DNA of 64,000 bases from Candidatus Terraquivivens tengchongensis. GTDB lineage: Archaea; Thermoproteota; Nitrososphaeria_A; Caldarchaeales; Wolframiiraptoraceae. The position numbers were made by a program, and so were the translations under genes. This document shows positions 29,464 to 39,687 of this stretch, piece after piece; position 1 is the stretch's first letter; the number at the start of each line of letters is the position of its first letter. The notes beneath the pieces were generated by a model. It saw only the letters and a list, made by a program, of their open reading frames with translations, was not told where the DNA came from and did no database searches. The DNA lies in NCBI GenBank assembly GCA_023261845.1, contig JALNJZ010000002.1:181078-245077 (forward strand), written 5' to 3'.

Positions 29464-29771
29464 TAGAACATCTGCACATGCATTATGCCGCCGACCTTAA
29501 TCGCGGCGCTCTCACGGATAAGGCCCTTACTTATCAACATGCTGACTATCCTATTGCCCAGAAGGTTTATTATCGTAGCTTGCTCTATATAATGTATAAC
29601 GCTTTCACCCTCGACCAGAACGCCCCCGTAAAACGAGTTATCAACCTTTATCTCGAGACCGCCCTCTGCAACTATCCTTCTGCCGAGAAGCTCCTCATCA
29701 CAGATTGCCGCAACTACCTCTCCAGTCCTGGAATGATGAAGCTTAACCCAGAACCTCCCCCACTCGCTCAT
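29460..29771 (-). CDS. DUF424 family protein
   Basis: VAAICDEELLG, FYGG, ATIINLLG. Confidence 0.85.
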   Translation of the reverse strand: MSEWGRFWVKLHHSRTGEVVAAICDEELLGRRIVAEGGLEIKVDNSFYGGVLVEGESVIHYIEQATIINLLGNRIVSMLISKGLIRESAAIKVGGIMHVQMFY

Positions 29772-29932
29772 CGTTTCCCGTTAAAATGATTTGCTACAAG
29801 GTTTTTAAACTTTGGTCATATAAAAAATCTGGCGCACCTTACACAAAAATGCAACAATCAGTATTTTTTAAAGAGAACTCATAAAAATTTAACGTTTATA
29901 CCTTACAAGATGGACGACATTCATGGGAAAAG

Positions 29933-31066
29933 TTGAAGCTGTATGAATATGAGGCAAAGCAGCTCTTCTCCTTGTACAACATCCCGGTGCCAAAGTCTGG
30001 CCTAGCGAAAACGCCGGAAGAAGCCATGGAAATCACTCAGAAGCTGGGCGGAAAATCCGTCTTAAAGGCGCAGGTGTTGGTAGCAGGAAGAGGGAAGGCA
30101 GGTGGCATAAAATTCGCTGGAAGTCCGCAGGAAGCATACGAACTCGCAAAGATATTGTTGAACATGGAGATAAAGGGCGAAAAGGTCCGTTCTTTGCTAG
30201 TAAGTGAAACTGTGGACATAGAGAGGGAGCTTTACCTTAGCATCGTTATAGACAGATCTGTCGGTGCAGCGTCGATACTAGCGTCTTCCGAAGGAGGTAT
30301 AGATATCGAGGAGCTTGCGGCAAAGTCGCCAGAGAAGATCGTAAAGGTCTACATAGACCCATTGGTGGGCTTGAAGCCCTATCATGTAAGAAGGATAACG
30401 GAGTTCATGAGCCTTTCTGATGAGCAGAAGAAAGTGCTTCATGACATTACTCTGAATCTCTATAGGTTATTCGTGGACTTTGACTGCGAGCTTGCTGAAA
30501 TAAACCCTCTGGCGGTGGATAAAGAAGGTAAGCTCGTTCCTGTAGATGCAAAGGTCATAATAGACGATAACGCTTTGTTCAGAAGGAAGGAGTTTGCTGA
30601 GCGTGCATCTGCAGAGTTAAGCGAATTCGAGGCAGAGGCGAAGAAGTATGGCTTTAGCTATGTTGAACTTGATGGTGACATCGGAATAATAGGAAATGGT
30701 GCTGGTCTGACAATGGCAACGATGGATGTCGTTAAGTTGTATGGTGGAAAACCTGCCAACTTTTTAGACATAGGTGGCGGTGCCAGAGCTGACATCGTGG
30801 AGAAAGCTGCCTCATTACTTTTGAAGCATCCAAAAGTAAAGGTTCTGCTTGTTAACGTTTTAGGTGGTATAACAAGATGTGATGAGGTTGCGAAAGGTCT
30901 CGTGAACGCCCTAAAGGCTTATGGTAAAGGCAAAAAACTTGTCGTGAGACTTATGGGGACAAACGAGGAGGAAGGAAAGAGGATTTTAAGCAGTGCTGGA
31001 ATATCAGCGTTCGACTCCATGGAGGATGCTGCAAAAAATGTCGTCGAGCTTGTTAAGGTGATGTAA
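29933..31066 (+). CDS. sucC: Succinyl-CoA synthetase beta subunit
   Basis: [49 protein letters not shown]. Confidence 0.95.
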   Translation: MKLYEYEAKQLFSLYNIPVPKSGLAKTPEEAMEITQKLGGKSVLKAQVLVAGRGKAGGIKFAGSPQEAYELAKILLNMEIKGEKVRSLLVSETVDIERELYLSIVIDRSVGAASILASSEGGIDIEELAAKSPEKIVKVYIDPLVGLKPYHVRRITEFMSLSDEQKKVLHDITLNLYRLFVDFDCELAEINPLAVDKEGKLVPVDAKVIIDDNALFRRKEFAERASAELSEFEAEAKKYGFSYVELDGDIGIIGNGAGLTMATMDVVKLYGGKPANFLDIGGGARADIVEKAASLLLKHPKVKVLLVNVLGGITRCDEVAKGLVNALKAYGKGKKLVVRLMGTNEEEGKRILSSAGISAFDSMEDAAKNVVELVKVM

Positions 31067-31068
31067 TC

Positions 31069-31947
31069 ATGACGGTGCTGGTAAACAAGGATACCCAAGT
31101 CGTAGTTCAGGGTATAACCGGAAGAGAAGGGAGCTTCCACACTAAGGCAATGCTAGATTATGGTACAAAAATCGTAGCTGGCGTCACACCTGGAAAGGGT
31201 GGCCAAAATGTCTACGGTGTACCGGTCTACGACTCTGTCCATGATGCTGTGAGCAAGCACCCTGAGATTAATACCTCGATTATATTCGTCCCGTCACCTT
31301 ATGCTCCTGATGCCGTTTATGAGGCCATGGAGGCAGGGATAGATGTGATTGTACTCATAACTGAGCATATACCGGTTCACGATTCGATGAAGTTTATAAG
31401 ATATGCAAAATTGAGGGGTGTCCGTATAATAGGTCCTAACTGTCCAGGTATAATATCGCCGGGAGAATCGAAGGTAGGCATAATGCCAGGTCACGTGTTT
31501 TCCAAAGGAATGATCGGCATAGTATCAAGAAGCGGTACCCTGACGTACGAAGTAGCCTATGCTATAACGAAAGTGGGGCTAGGCCAATCTACCGCAGTAG
31601 GCATTGGTGGCGACCCAATCACGGGCATGAGTATGATCGATATGCTAGAACTCTTCAGGGAAGATAACGAGACCAAAGCAGTCGTTCTAATAGGTGAGAT
31701 AGGTGGTGATATGGAGGAACGAGCCGCCGAATACATAAGAAGGAGCAACTACGAGAAGCCGGTCATAGCATTCGTCGCAGGTAGGACTGCGCCGCCTGGA
31801 AAGAGAATGGGACATGCGGGTGCGATAATCTCCATGGGTGCTGGCGATGCTGAAAGTAAGATAAGGGCATTCGAGGCAAGTGGTGTAAAGGTTGCCTCAA
31901 CACCAGTAGAGGTTGCTAAGTTGTTGAAGGATGCGTTAAAGGTTTAG
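31069..31947 (+). CDS. sucD: Succinyl-CoA synthetase alpha subunit
   Basis: [36 protein letters not shown]. Confidence 0.96.
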   Translation: MTVLVNKDTQVVVQGITGREGSFHTKAMLDYGTKIVAGVTPGKGGQNVYGVPVYDSVHDAVSKHPEINTSIIFVPSPYAPDAVYEAMEAGIDVIVLITEHIPVHDSMKFIRYAKLRGVRIIGPNCPGIISPGESKVGIMPGHVFSKGMIGIVSRSGTLTYEVAYAITKVGLGQSTAVGIGGDPITGMSMIDMLELFREDNETKAVVLIGEIGGDMEERAAEYIRRSNYEKPVIAFVAGRTAPPGKRMGHAGAIISMGAGDAESKIRAFEASGVKVASTPVEVAKLLKDALKV

Positions 31948-31956
31948 GGTCATATA

Positions 31957-32757
31957 ATGGGCAGGTCGTTAGGCGAAAGGGAATTCATGCAGCTTCTCCT
32001 AACGTCGTCGGAAATATTTGAGAGCGAGCCCCAAGTGTTGGACGTAGAGGACGAGTGCATAATCGTTGGTGATGTGCACGGTGATAAGGAATCGGTCGCT
32101 AGGGCTCTTGAATTACTCGAGCAAAATAGAACCCTAATCTTTTTGGGAGATTACGTTGACAGAGGTCCTTATCAGCTGGAGAGTATGTATGTATTACTGA
32201 AAGCAAAGATAGAGAACCCATCTAGACTCATCCTACTAAGAGGAAATCACGAATCGAGAAGTATGAATCTTTACTACGGATTTTACGACGTCGTGTTGAG
32301 CAGGTATTCGCAATCTTTATACGAACTCTTCGTAGATGTTTTTTCCAAAATGCCAATCTGTGCACTAATCAATAGAGAAATCTTGTGTCTCCATGGAGGC
32401 ATAGCCGAAGGTCTGGAAAGCATAGAGCAATTAAGGACCCTTCCAAAGGGCGATGACGACCCTAAAGACCCTATATATCTTCAGGTGCTATGGAATGATC
32501 CGGACGAGAGCATCGAGACGTTCGCTCCGAGTTACAGAGGCCCGGGCATTAGGCTCTTCGGCGCATCCGTCCTTGAGAATTTTCTGAAGAAGAACGGGTT
32601 GAAGATGCTTGTAAGGGCGCACGAACCTCAGCCTGAAGGGTTTAAGTTCATATTCGGAAATAGGTTGTTATCGCTCTTTTCATGTAGATACTATGGGATA
32701 AGACCTGCAGCCGCTCTTTTGAGGGGAAATGAAATCAAGATTCTCAGCCTTGGGTAG
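31957..32757 (+). CDS. PPP-family Ser/Thr protein phosphatase
   Basis: GDVHG, FLGDYVDRG, LRGNHE, HGG, LWNDP, RAHE. Confidence 0.92.
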   Translation: MGRSLGEREFMQLLLTSSEIFESEPQVLDVEDECIIVGDVHGDKESVARALELLEQNRTLIFLGDYVDRGPYQLESMYVLLKAKIENPSRLILLRGNHESRSMNLYYGFYDVVLSRYSQSLYELFVDVFSKMPICALINREILCLHGGIAEGLESIEQLRTLPKGDDDPKDPIYLQVLWNDPDESIETFAPSYRGPGIRLFGASVLENFLKKNGLKMLVRAHEPQPEGFKFIFGNRLLSLFSCRYYGIRPAAALLRGNEIKILSLG

Positions 32758-33649
32758 CTGACCTCTCTAAGTATTCCAGCATACCCTCAACTGCCAACTT
32801 TATACTCGTTCTTACATAGTCCGGTACTTCCTTTACGTTTACACCGAATTTTTTAGCTAAAGCTTTGCAGGCCGCATCGGTAATTAATTCAACGTCACCA
32901 CTTTCCTTTTCGGAAGAGATAAAATCTTTCCACCAGTTCAGCAGAGATATTTCCCCCTCAAAGACGCTTTTAGATGCTTGTCTGACGCCGAAGTGTGGTA
33001 CCATCAAAAGCTTTGGTTCCAGTTTCATCAAGCGCTTAAGGTCTTCTATTAAACCATGATAATCAAAACTCGGAGGTACGGATGATGGTACGAATACTGG
33101 GAAGCTCGGATATGTTCCTGAGATAACGTCTCCCGTGAATAGAAAAGAGTTGGTTTCCTCGTAAACACAAATATGATGGGGCGCATGACCTTGTGTGTGA
33201 ACAAACTTAAGTCGCATTTTCCCTAAAGATACGCGAGCGCAATCCTCAACACTAGACACTTGTTCTGGAGGGATCGGTTCGACCTTTCCAAAGAGGGCTG
33301 CTACCTGACCATAAATTTCTTCTACGCTGGAAATCAACCTCGTTGGGTCTACAAGATGCTTTACACCTCTTGGGTGCGCAAGAACCTTCGCGTTTGTAGC
33401 AGTTTTTATCAGCGAGCCAGCAGCACCTGCATGGTCCAAATGAACATGCGTAACTATGATGTAGTCAAGCATTGAAGGGTCCAAACCTATGCTCTTGATG
33501 TCAGATAAGAGAACGTTGAGGGACGAGGCATAACCTGTATCGATAAGCGCAGTCTTTTCGTCAACCAGAAGATATGCAGCGACGAATTCCCTAACACCTA
33601 GCGCCATCGTATCTATGAGATACACTCCATCTTGAATCCGCGTTATCAA
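32744..33649 (-). CDS. MBL-fold metallo-hydrolase
   Basis: THVHLDHAG, GHAPHH, FTGD, PHFG. Confidence 0.9.
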   Translation of the reverse strand: MITRIQDGVYLIDTMALGVREFVAAYLLVDEKTALIDTGYASSLNVLLSDIKSIGLDPSMLDYIIVTHVHLDHAGAAGSLIKTATNAKVLAHPRGVKHLVDPTRLISSVEEIYGQVAALFGKVEPIPPEQVSSVEDCARVSLGKMRLKFVHTQGHAPHHICVYEETNSFLFTGDVISGTYPSFPVFVPSSVPPSFDYHGLIEDLKRLMKLEPKLLMVPHFGVRQASKSVFEGEISLLNWWKDFISSEKESGDVELITDAACKALAKKFGVNVKEVPDYVRTSIKLAVEGMLEYLERSATQG

Positions 33650-33741
33650 AACCTTCTCATTCGCTAAAGCATATTGCGATTATTTAACCATACGCACGCA
33701 AACTTTTTAACAGAGATGGTTATACAAATCCTTGCACATAC

Positions 33742-34656
33742 ATGATAACAATAATAGGTACTGGAAGAGTTGGTGTTGCGGTAGCGATCCACCTAGCCAT
33801 TAAGGGATTGGATGACATCATGCTGATAGACATTATCGAAGGTTTACCGCAGGGGGAAGCTTTAGATCTCACCCATATGTGCGCCACGCTTGGTATTGAT
33901 ATTGATATATCCGGATCAAACGATTACAAAGATATGAGCGGGTCCGAACTCGTGATAGTTCCCGCAGGTTTCATAAGGACTGCCGACATGAGTAGGCTTG
34001 ACCTGCTCTACAAGAATTCAGAGGTTATAAAGGCTGTCTCGAAGGGCATTAAAGAGTACGCACCCAACTCAAAGGTCATAATGGTAACAAATCCGCTTGA
34101 CGTCATGACATACCTTGCCTACAAAGTAACGGGATTCGAGAGGAATAGGGTACTTGGGTTTAGCGGCTTACTCGACACTTCGAGGTATAAGAGTCTGATA
34201 GCCAAAGAGCTGGGTGTTGCAGCATCAACTATCTATACAACAATAATCGGAGAACATGGAGATACGATGGTCCTCCTGCCACGTTTTACGATGGTTGGGG
34301 GTGTTCCATTAGAATCCTTGATACCAAAGGAGAAAATTCAACAGATAATCGAGCGCACGAAGAAAATGGGCGCCGAGATCATAAAGCTGAAAAAGTGGTC
34401 AGCATCGCATGCGGTCGGCGCTGGTGTCGCCACGATGGCAGAAGCCATCATCAAGGATACAAAGGCCGTCATACCAGTTTCGACCTACTTACAAGGAGAG
34501 TACGGTGTTTCAGACGTCTGCGTAGTCGTCCCTGCTGTAATTGGTAAGAACGGTATTGAGAAAATCATAGAACTTCCCCTGAATGATGAGGAGAGGGCTG
34601 CATTCCTTAAAAGTGTCGAGACAGTAAAATCGGCAATATCCCAGCTCAAGCTTTGA
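33742..34656 (+). CDS. mdh: Malate dehydrogenase (LDH-like)
   Basis: GTGRVG, G.ALDL, R...MSR.DL specificity loop, TNPLD, LDTSR, GEHGD. Confidence 0.92.
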   Translation: MITIIGTGRVGVAVAIHLAIKGLDDIMLIDIIEGLPQGEALDLTHMCATLGIDIDISGSNDYKDMSGSELVIVPAGFIRTADMSRLDLLYKNSEVIKAVSKGIKEYAPNSKVIMVTNPLDVMTYLAYKVTGFERNRVLGFSGLLDTSRYKSLIAKELGVAASTIYTTIIGEHGDTMVLLPRFTMVGGVPLESLIPKEKIQQIIERTKKMGAEIIKLKKWSASHAVGAGVATMAEAIIKDTKAVIPVSTYLQGEYGVSDVCVVVPAVIGKNGIEKIIELPLNDEERAAFLKSVETVKSAISQLKL

Positions 34657-34761
34657 TTAGCTCCCTAGTTGATAGGAACACCATTACATCCCAATTTTTT
34701 AATGAGTAAAAAATTTAACCAAGCCGTAGATAGTTTCTTACCTTAAAGGGGGCTCTGTAAG

Positions 34762-36042
34762 GTGGGCATGACAATAACTGAGAAGATATTGGCTAAGGCA
34801 AGCGGCAAGCGCACAGTGAGCCCAGGCGATGTAGTGTTTGCGAACATCGACAAAGTTATGATGCATGACGTCGGCGGTCCTGGTGTCTGGGCGGTATTCC
34901 AAGAACTGAAACCGATAATAGGCGAGATTGAGAAGATATGGGACCCAGATAAGGTATGGCTAACTGAAGATCATTTTGTCCCTCCAATAGATAAACAATC
35001 TGCTGAAAACATAAAGACGCTTGAAGATTTTGCCAAGAGGTATGGAATACGCAAATATTTCAGGTACGGCTTGGGCCAGTATGGTGTTTGCCACACTCTG
35101 TCCTACGAAGAGGCGCTGGTGTTGCCCGGTGAAGTGTACGTAGGCACGGACTCGCATACAAATACCGCAGGGGTGGTCGGTGCGTTTGCTGCAGGCTTAG
35201 GACACACGGATATAGCATACGTGTTGGTACACGGAAAAACTTGGTTCAGGGTTCCCGAGACTTTGCTGTTCAGGATTTCTGGCGAGCTTCAACCTTACTC
35301 CACAGCTAAAGATTTATCACTCGCTATACTGCATGAGATCGGAACGGATGGGGCTAACTATAAAGCAATGCAGTTTTCCGGCTCTGCCATCAAGGCAATG
35401 GATATAGACGAGAGGGCCACCTTGACCAACATGTCAACGGAAGCAGGAGCCAAGAACGCTATAATCGAGCCGGATGAACGCCTGCTTCAATACCTGAGGA
35501 GTAGGACGGACTCGCCGCTAACGCCCGTTTACGGTGATGAGGATGCTGAATTTTCCGAGGTTTACGACATGGATGCGAGGACGATAGAACCCCTTGTCGC
35601 GAAGCCTTACTCTCCCGGAAATGTGTCCTCTGCAAGGGAGCTTAGCGATGTAGAAGTTGACAGGGTTTACATAGGCTCATGTACGGGAGGTAAGATAACG
35701 GATTTGAGGATGGCTGCAAGCGTTCTAAAGGGGAGGAAAGTGAGGGTTAGGACCGAAATAGTTCCGGCAACCCAAAGGACATACATGCAAGCCTTGAAGG
35801 AGGGACTGATAGAGATATTCTTGCAGTCTGGTGCCCTAATCGGTGCGCCGACATGCGGCCTTTGCTTTGGTGGCCACATGGGTGTGCTTAGGAAGGGTGA
35901 GGTTTGCATCTCGACGACCAACAGGAACTTCCCAGGTAGGATGGGTGACAGAGAATCAAAGACGTACCTAGCATCACCCTTAACGGCCGCAGCAACAGCC
36001 GTAACCGGCAGGATAACAGACCCCAGAGACTTGAGCGGGTGA
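34762..36042 (+). CDS. leuC: 3-isopropylmalate/homoaconitate dehydratase large subunit
   Basis: MTITEKIL, DHFVP, GVCH, DSHT, GSCTGG, CGLCFGGH, STTNRNFPGRMG, YLASP. Confidence 0.9.
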   Translation: MGMTITEKILAKASGKRTVSPGDVVFANIDKVMMHDVGGPGVWAVFQELKPIIGEIEKIWDPDKVWLTEDHFVPPIDKQSAENIKTLEDFAKRYGIRKYFRYGLGQYGVCHTLSYEEALVLPGEVYVGTDSHTNTAGVVGAFAAGLGHTDIAYVLVHGKTWFRVPETLLFRISGELQPYSTAKDLSLAILHEIGTDGANYKAMQFSGSAIKAMDIDERATLTNMSTEAGAKNAIIEPDERLLQYLRSRTDSPLTPVYGDEDAEFSEVYDMDARTIEPLVAKPYSPGNVSSARELSDVEVDRVYIGSCTGGKITDLRMAASVLKGRKVRVRTEIVPATQRTYMQALKEGLIEIFLQSGALIGAPTCGLCFGGHMGVLRKGEVCISTTNRNFPGRMGDRESKTYLASPLTAAATAVTGRITDPRDLSG

Positions 36043-36543
36043 GTGAATTTGGAAGGTGTATTGAGAGGATGCGTCCACAAATACGGCGATAACGTGGATA
36101 CAGACAGTATAATACCTGGAAGGTTCCTGAAAGAGATGGATCCGAAGAAGCTTGCCGAGCATGCCATGGAAGGCATAGACCCAGACTTTGTTAAGAAAGT
36201 CAGACCGGGAGACTTCGTCGTTGCGGGTAAGAACTTTGGTTGCGGCTCTAGCAGAGAGCACGCACCAATTGCCCTTAGGTATGCCGGTATCAAGGCCGTC
36301 TTAGCAAAATCTTTCGCTAGGATATTCTACAGGAATGCCGTCGACGGAGGTCATCTTATACCGATTGAAATAGACAACAACGTTTACGAAAGGTTATCTG
36401 ATGGCGACGAAATAGAGGTTGACGTATCGAAAGGTATCGTCAGGAACTTGACTAAGGGTGAGGTCTACAACATACGGCCGATACCAGAGCTTGTGATGAA
36501 GATAATCAAGGCTGGTGGAATATTCATGTTTAAACATGAATAA
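36043..36543 (+). CDS. leuD: 3-isopropylmalate/homoaconitate dehydratase small subunit
   Basis: DNVDTD.IIPG, NFGCGSSREHA, SFARIFYRN. Confidence 0.9.
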   Translation: MNLEGVLRGCVHKYGDNVDTDSIIPGRFLKEMDPKKLAEHAMEGIDPDFVKKVRPGDFVVAGKNFGCGSSREHAPIALRYAGIKAVLAKSFARIFYRNAVDGGHLIPIEIDNNVYERLSDGDEIEVDVSKGIVRNLTKGEVYNIRPIPELVMKIIKAGGIFMFKHE

Positions 36544-36583
36544 CTTTATAGAGTGCCCTAGACATGCTATAAAATGTGTGACG

Positions 36584-36712
36584 ATGGAACAGAAAAAGTA
36601 CCGATGCCCCTATTGCGAGCAATCCTTCGATACGGAAGATGAACTCTCAAAGCATATGGATAAAGTGCATATAGGCAAGGGGTTGCTAGAAGGCGATAGG
36701 AGAAAGCGGTAG
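36584..36712 (+). CDS. Small C2H2 zinc-finger protein (42 aa)
   Basis: YRCPYCEQSFDTEDELSKHMDKVH; ATG 36584 downstream of CTTTATA. Confidence 0.8.
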   Translation: MEQKKYRCPYCEQSFDTEDELSKHMDKVHIGKGLLEGDRRKR

Positions 36713-36768
36713 TCGTAGATGAGTTAAAGTTATATACCCTAAACTTTTCTATAGATGTTTGAGCAGAA

Positions 36769-36828
36769 TTGGTCAAGGCTAAAAAGAGCTCAAAGAAAAA
36801 GCGCGCTGGATGTAAAAAGAAGAAGTAA
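36769..36828 (+). CDS. Putative 19-aa Lys-rich micro-protein
   Basis: TTG GTC AAG ... TAA = MVKAKKSSKKKRAGCKKKK; own TATA-like TTATATA near 36730 and T-tract downstream. Confidence 0.4.
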   Translation: MVKAKKSSKKKRAGCKKKK

Positions 36829-36853
36829 GCTTATATCACAAATCAATTTTTAT

Positions 36854-38059
36854 TTATGCGAGTTCTTCCATCTTTTTCAAAAAATCGTCTTCAGTACCTC
36901 TAGGTATCAGAGCCGATGCAGCGGTTAAATGTCCATCACCATAACCTCCAACATAGTCAGCCGCCTCCACAACCAACTTTGATACAGAAGGCATCGCCCC
37001 CTTATTTATGAGCTCTGCCAACAACTTAGGCGCTCTTACAGATACCTTAGTCCACTCACCTTCTATCTCGCCCAACTCTGGTATCACTCGTGGAAAGTTC
37101 ATGAAACCAACAAGATACTTTCTTTGGTCGACGAACCCTCTGTATGCCAGAATGAATGTGAACGTTCCTAGGACCTTGGTTCCCATGCCCGCAAAGCTAT
37201 CCCCAACGGAGAACCACTGAACCTTCTCATCACGGCTGATACCATGTCTTCTTAAATTGGCCATGACCTTACTAAAGATTTGTTTCCTGTACTCCTCCAG
37301 CACCTCTACATCGTTTTCATCTAAGCTCCTTTTGATACAAGATTCTACTGCTTTCTTGGGTCCATCAGTGTAATAACCTACGCTTCCAAGTATTGTTAGC
37401 TTTGTTGATAACCTGTCCCAAGCCTCTCTGAAAGGTATTATGTAATACCTTTCCCTTCCTGCCGATTCTCTGACTTCAACGTCGCCGACTTCGACAGCAT
37501 GTTCAAGGGGTATCCTGTTCAGCGATGTTAAACTTCCACCAAGCTCCGCCGAACCTACCACTGACGCCCATGCCATGTGCTTAACGTCCGCAAGTTTTTC
37601 CGCAAAAAGATACGTGGCTGTCGCACCGCTTACGTCCCTCTCACCACTAAATCCGTAAAGTTCAGGGTTAAGATTCAGAACGTTAGGCTTGCTGACCATA
37701 ACTGGATCATGATGGTCCAATATTATGACGAGTTTATCTCCAGCCAATCTCTCTATTATTTCGGCTTTTCCCGAGCCTATATCCGTATAAACGTATGCGT
37801 CGTAATCGGTGCTATGAATTTTAGACAATATCGCAGGGTGTAGCTTTTCGATACAAACCCTGCCCGTCTTAATGCCTGAAGACTCGAAGGCCGACAGCGC
37901 GATCGCCGCTGAACATATGCCGTCTGCATCGTCGTGGTGAATGACGAGAACGTTGTTGGTTGATGCTCTAAAGAGTTCGCTGGCCCTTTTAAGCTCCTCA
38001 GAGTACTTCATAAAATCCACATTAGAGCTCTGATGGATTATACTAAAAGCGGCAGGCAT
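36854..38059 (-). CDS. DHH family phosphoesterase (RecJ/GAN-like nuclease)
   Basis: HHDDADG, TDIG, LDHH, LNP, DHHA1-like GGYGDGH..AA; true start may be ~38011. Confidence 0.85.
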   Translation of the reverse strand: MPAAFSIIHQSSNVDFMKYSEELKRASELFRASTNNVLVIHHDDADGICSAAIALSAFESSGIKTGRVCIEKLHPAILSKIHSTDYDAYVYTDIGSGKAEIIERLAGDKLVIILDHHDPVMVSKPNVLNLNPELYGFSGERDVSGATATYLFAEKLADVKHMAWASVVGSAELGGSLTSLNRIPLEHAVEVGDVEVRESAGRERYYIIPFREAWDRLSTKLTILGSVGYYTDGPKKAVESCIKRSLDENDVEVLEEYRKQIFSKVMANLRRHGISRDEKVQWFSVGDSFAGMGTKVLGTFTFILAYRGFVDQRKYLVGFMNFPRVIPELGEIEGEWTKVSVRAPKLLAELINKGAMPSVSKLVVEAADYVGGYGDGHLTAASALIPRGTEDDFLKKMEELA

Positions 38060-38198
38060 AACTCTGCATCAACCTCGGACCCGCGCACCGGCTTCAGGCC
38101 TACTATTATGCTATGTTCTAGGCAAAAGATAAGCGTGACCATAGTCATGGTTTAGTTTGTTAAATACATATTGCCAGAATATGACCCCGAAAATACGT

Positions 38199-39368
38199 CT
38201 AATCCTGTTTACCTAAAAGCTCTAGAGCTATTTCGTAGTAAATTTTTGCGGCAGCCTCAAGCTCGTCTATCGATACGCTCTCGTTATAGGAGTGCGCCTG
38301 GGAAAGCTCGCCCGGACCCAACACGACGCCTGGTATTCCGGCAGCAAATATCCACCCAAGGTCCGTATAAGCCGGAAAGCCGAAAGGCTCAGCCTTAACC
38401 CTGACTACCTTCGAAACAGCCTCCAAAGCCGCCCGCACTACTGGTTCAGAAGCGCTAACCTCAGTGGCCCTATGGTATTGCACGATAGAAGTTGAGAAAT
38501 CCGTACCACGCCTTTCTGACATCACTTTAGATGCCACCTCCTCAAAGGATGCCTTCACGACCTCAGGGTCTTCGCCCGGTATCAATCTCCTATCGATAAC
38601 TATTACGCACTCGTCAGGAATGACGTTAGACTTCACACCGCCGCTTATCATTGTAACGGTTACTGTCGGTTTACCGACCAAAGGATGCCCACTAACTTTC
38701 GATAGCGAATCGGCCATTCGTTCTATTTCGTTGCAGTAAGAGGCAGCGGCAAGTATGGCGTTAATCCCCTCTTGGGGCATGCTGGCGTGTGCAGGTTTGC
38801 CCTTTACCCTGACCTTCACCTCTAGTCTGCCCTTGTGGGCGGTGCAAACTTTCAACCCCGTCGGCTCGCCCACGATAGCAAAGTCGAATTTACTGTACTT
38901 TGATAAAAGCGCCTTAGTACCGATACTGCTGACCTCTTCATCGGCGACCGCGGCAAGTACGACCTTGCCGCCTATCTTTTCCTGAACGTTAAGAAGGGCC
39001 TTTAGGCTCGCGGCCATAGCTGCAATCGAGCCTTTTGCATCGGCCGAGCCTCTACCATAGAGTCTGCCATTCCTAATAAGGCCACCAAGAGGCTCCACTT
39101 GCCATTTATCCCGATCGCCAACCGGTACAGTATCCAGATGGGAGTTAAAAAGTAGGGTAGGCCCCGCACGGCTACCCTCCAAAATGCAGACAGCATTCGC
39201 CCGGACACCGTCCAGCCTGTCTATTGTGGATTTTATACCAAGGTCTGCAAGCCGCTCTGCTAGAAAACTAGCTGCCTCTAGCTCCCTGCCAGGCGGATTC
39301 TCCGTGTTTATCCGCACAAGTGCAGAGGCTATAGTCAGTAAAAATTCCCTGTCTATATGTACATCCAT
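38199..39368 (-). CDS. M20 family metallopeptidase/deacylase (ArgE/DapE-like)
   Basis: SHLDTVP, GRGSADAKG, DEE, GEPT, AHAS.P..G.NAI, AH..NE. Confidence 0.9.
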   Translation of the reverse strand: MDVHIDREFLLTIASALVRINTENPPGRELEAASFLAERLADLGIKSTIDRLDGVRANAVCILEGSRAGPTLLFNSHLDTVPVGDRDKWQVEPLGGLIRNGRLYGRGSADAKGSIAAMAASLKALLNVQEKIGGKVVLAAVADEEVSSIGTKALLSKYSKFDFAIVGEPTGLKVCTAHKGRLEVKVRVKGKPAHASMPQEGINAILAAASYCNEIERMADSLSKVSGHPLVGKPTVTVTMISGGVKSNVIPDECVIVIDRRLIPGEDPEVVKASFEEVASKVMSERRGTDFSTSIVQYHRATEVSASEPVVRAALEAVSKVVRVKAEPFGFPAYTDLGWIFAAGIPGVVLGPGELSQAHSYNESVSIDELEAAAKIYYEIALELLGKQD

Positions 39369-39412
39369 GAGAATATTTAATAAAACATCAGCGATATAAC
39401 CTTAAAATAAAG

Positions 39413-39610
39413 TTAGACAGTTAGGAGTACCTCGGCAGGTACCTCGATGTACTTCTCGTTGCTGGTCTGCTTCTTCTTTCTCGGTGAGTTCCTCAAAAGG
39501 GTTCCGCAGTAGGGACACCTGACCTTGTCCGTAAGATGGTACGCCCTACACCTCGAACAGTACTTGTAACCGTTCGCGTAACTTCTCCTAACTTTTCTTG
39601 TCGCGCTCAT
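39413..39610 (-). CDS. Small zinc-ribbon protein
   Basis: YCSRC...RCPYCG..LR..PR; basic. Confidence 0.75.
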   Translation of the reverse strand: MSATRKVRRSYANGYKYCSRCRAYHLTDKVRCPYCGTLLRNSPRKKKQTSNEKYIEVPAEVLLTV

Positions 39611-39687
39611 TTTTTATCAAATATTTGTAAAAATTACGATTATTAAACGTTATCTATATATAGTATTTTTTGTATATACTATTAGGA

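Noticed and set aside
34702-34746. uORF MSKKFNQAVDSFLP* (penultimate Leu) upstream of leuC
   Set aside because: Its start overlaps the mdh terminator T-tract and the probable leuC promoter, so it is likely not on the mRNA; a single Leu is expected by chance.
38050-38102. GC-rich stretch with CCGA and TTGATG on the minus strand, resembling C/D-box sRNA D' and C' boxes
   Set aside because: No proper terminal C (RUGAUGA) or D (CUGA) box, so I cannot support it without a target search.
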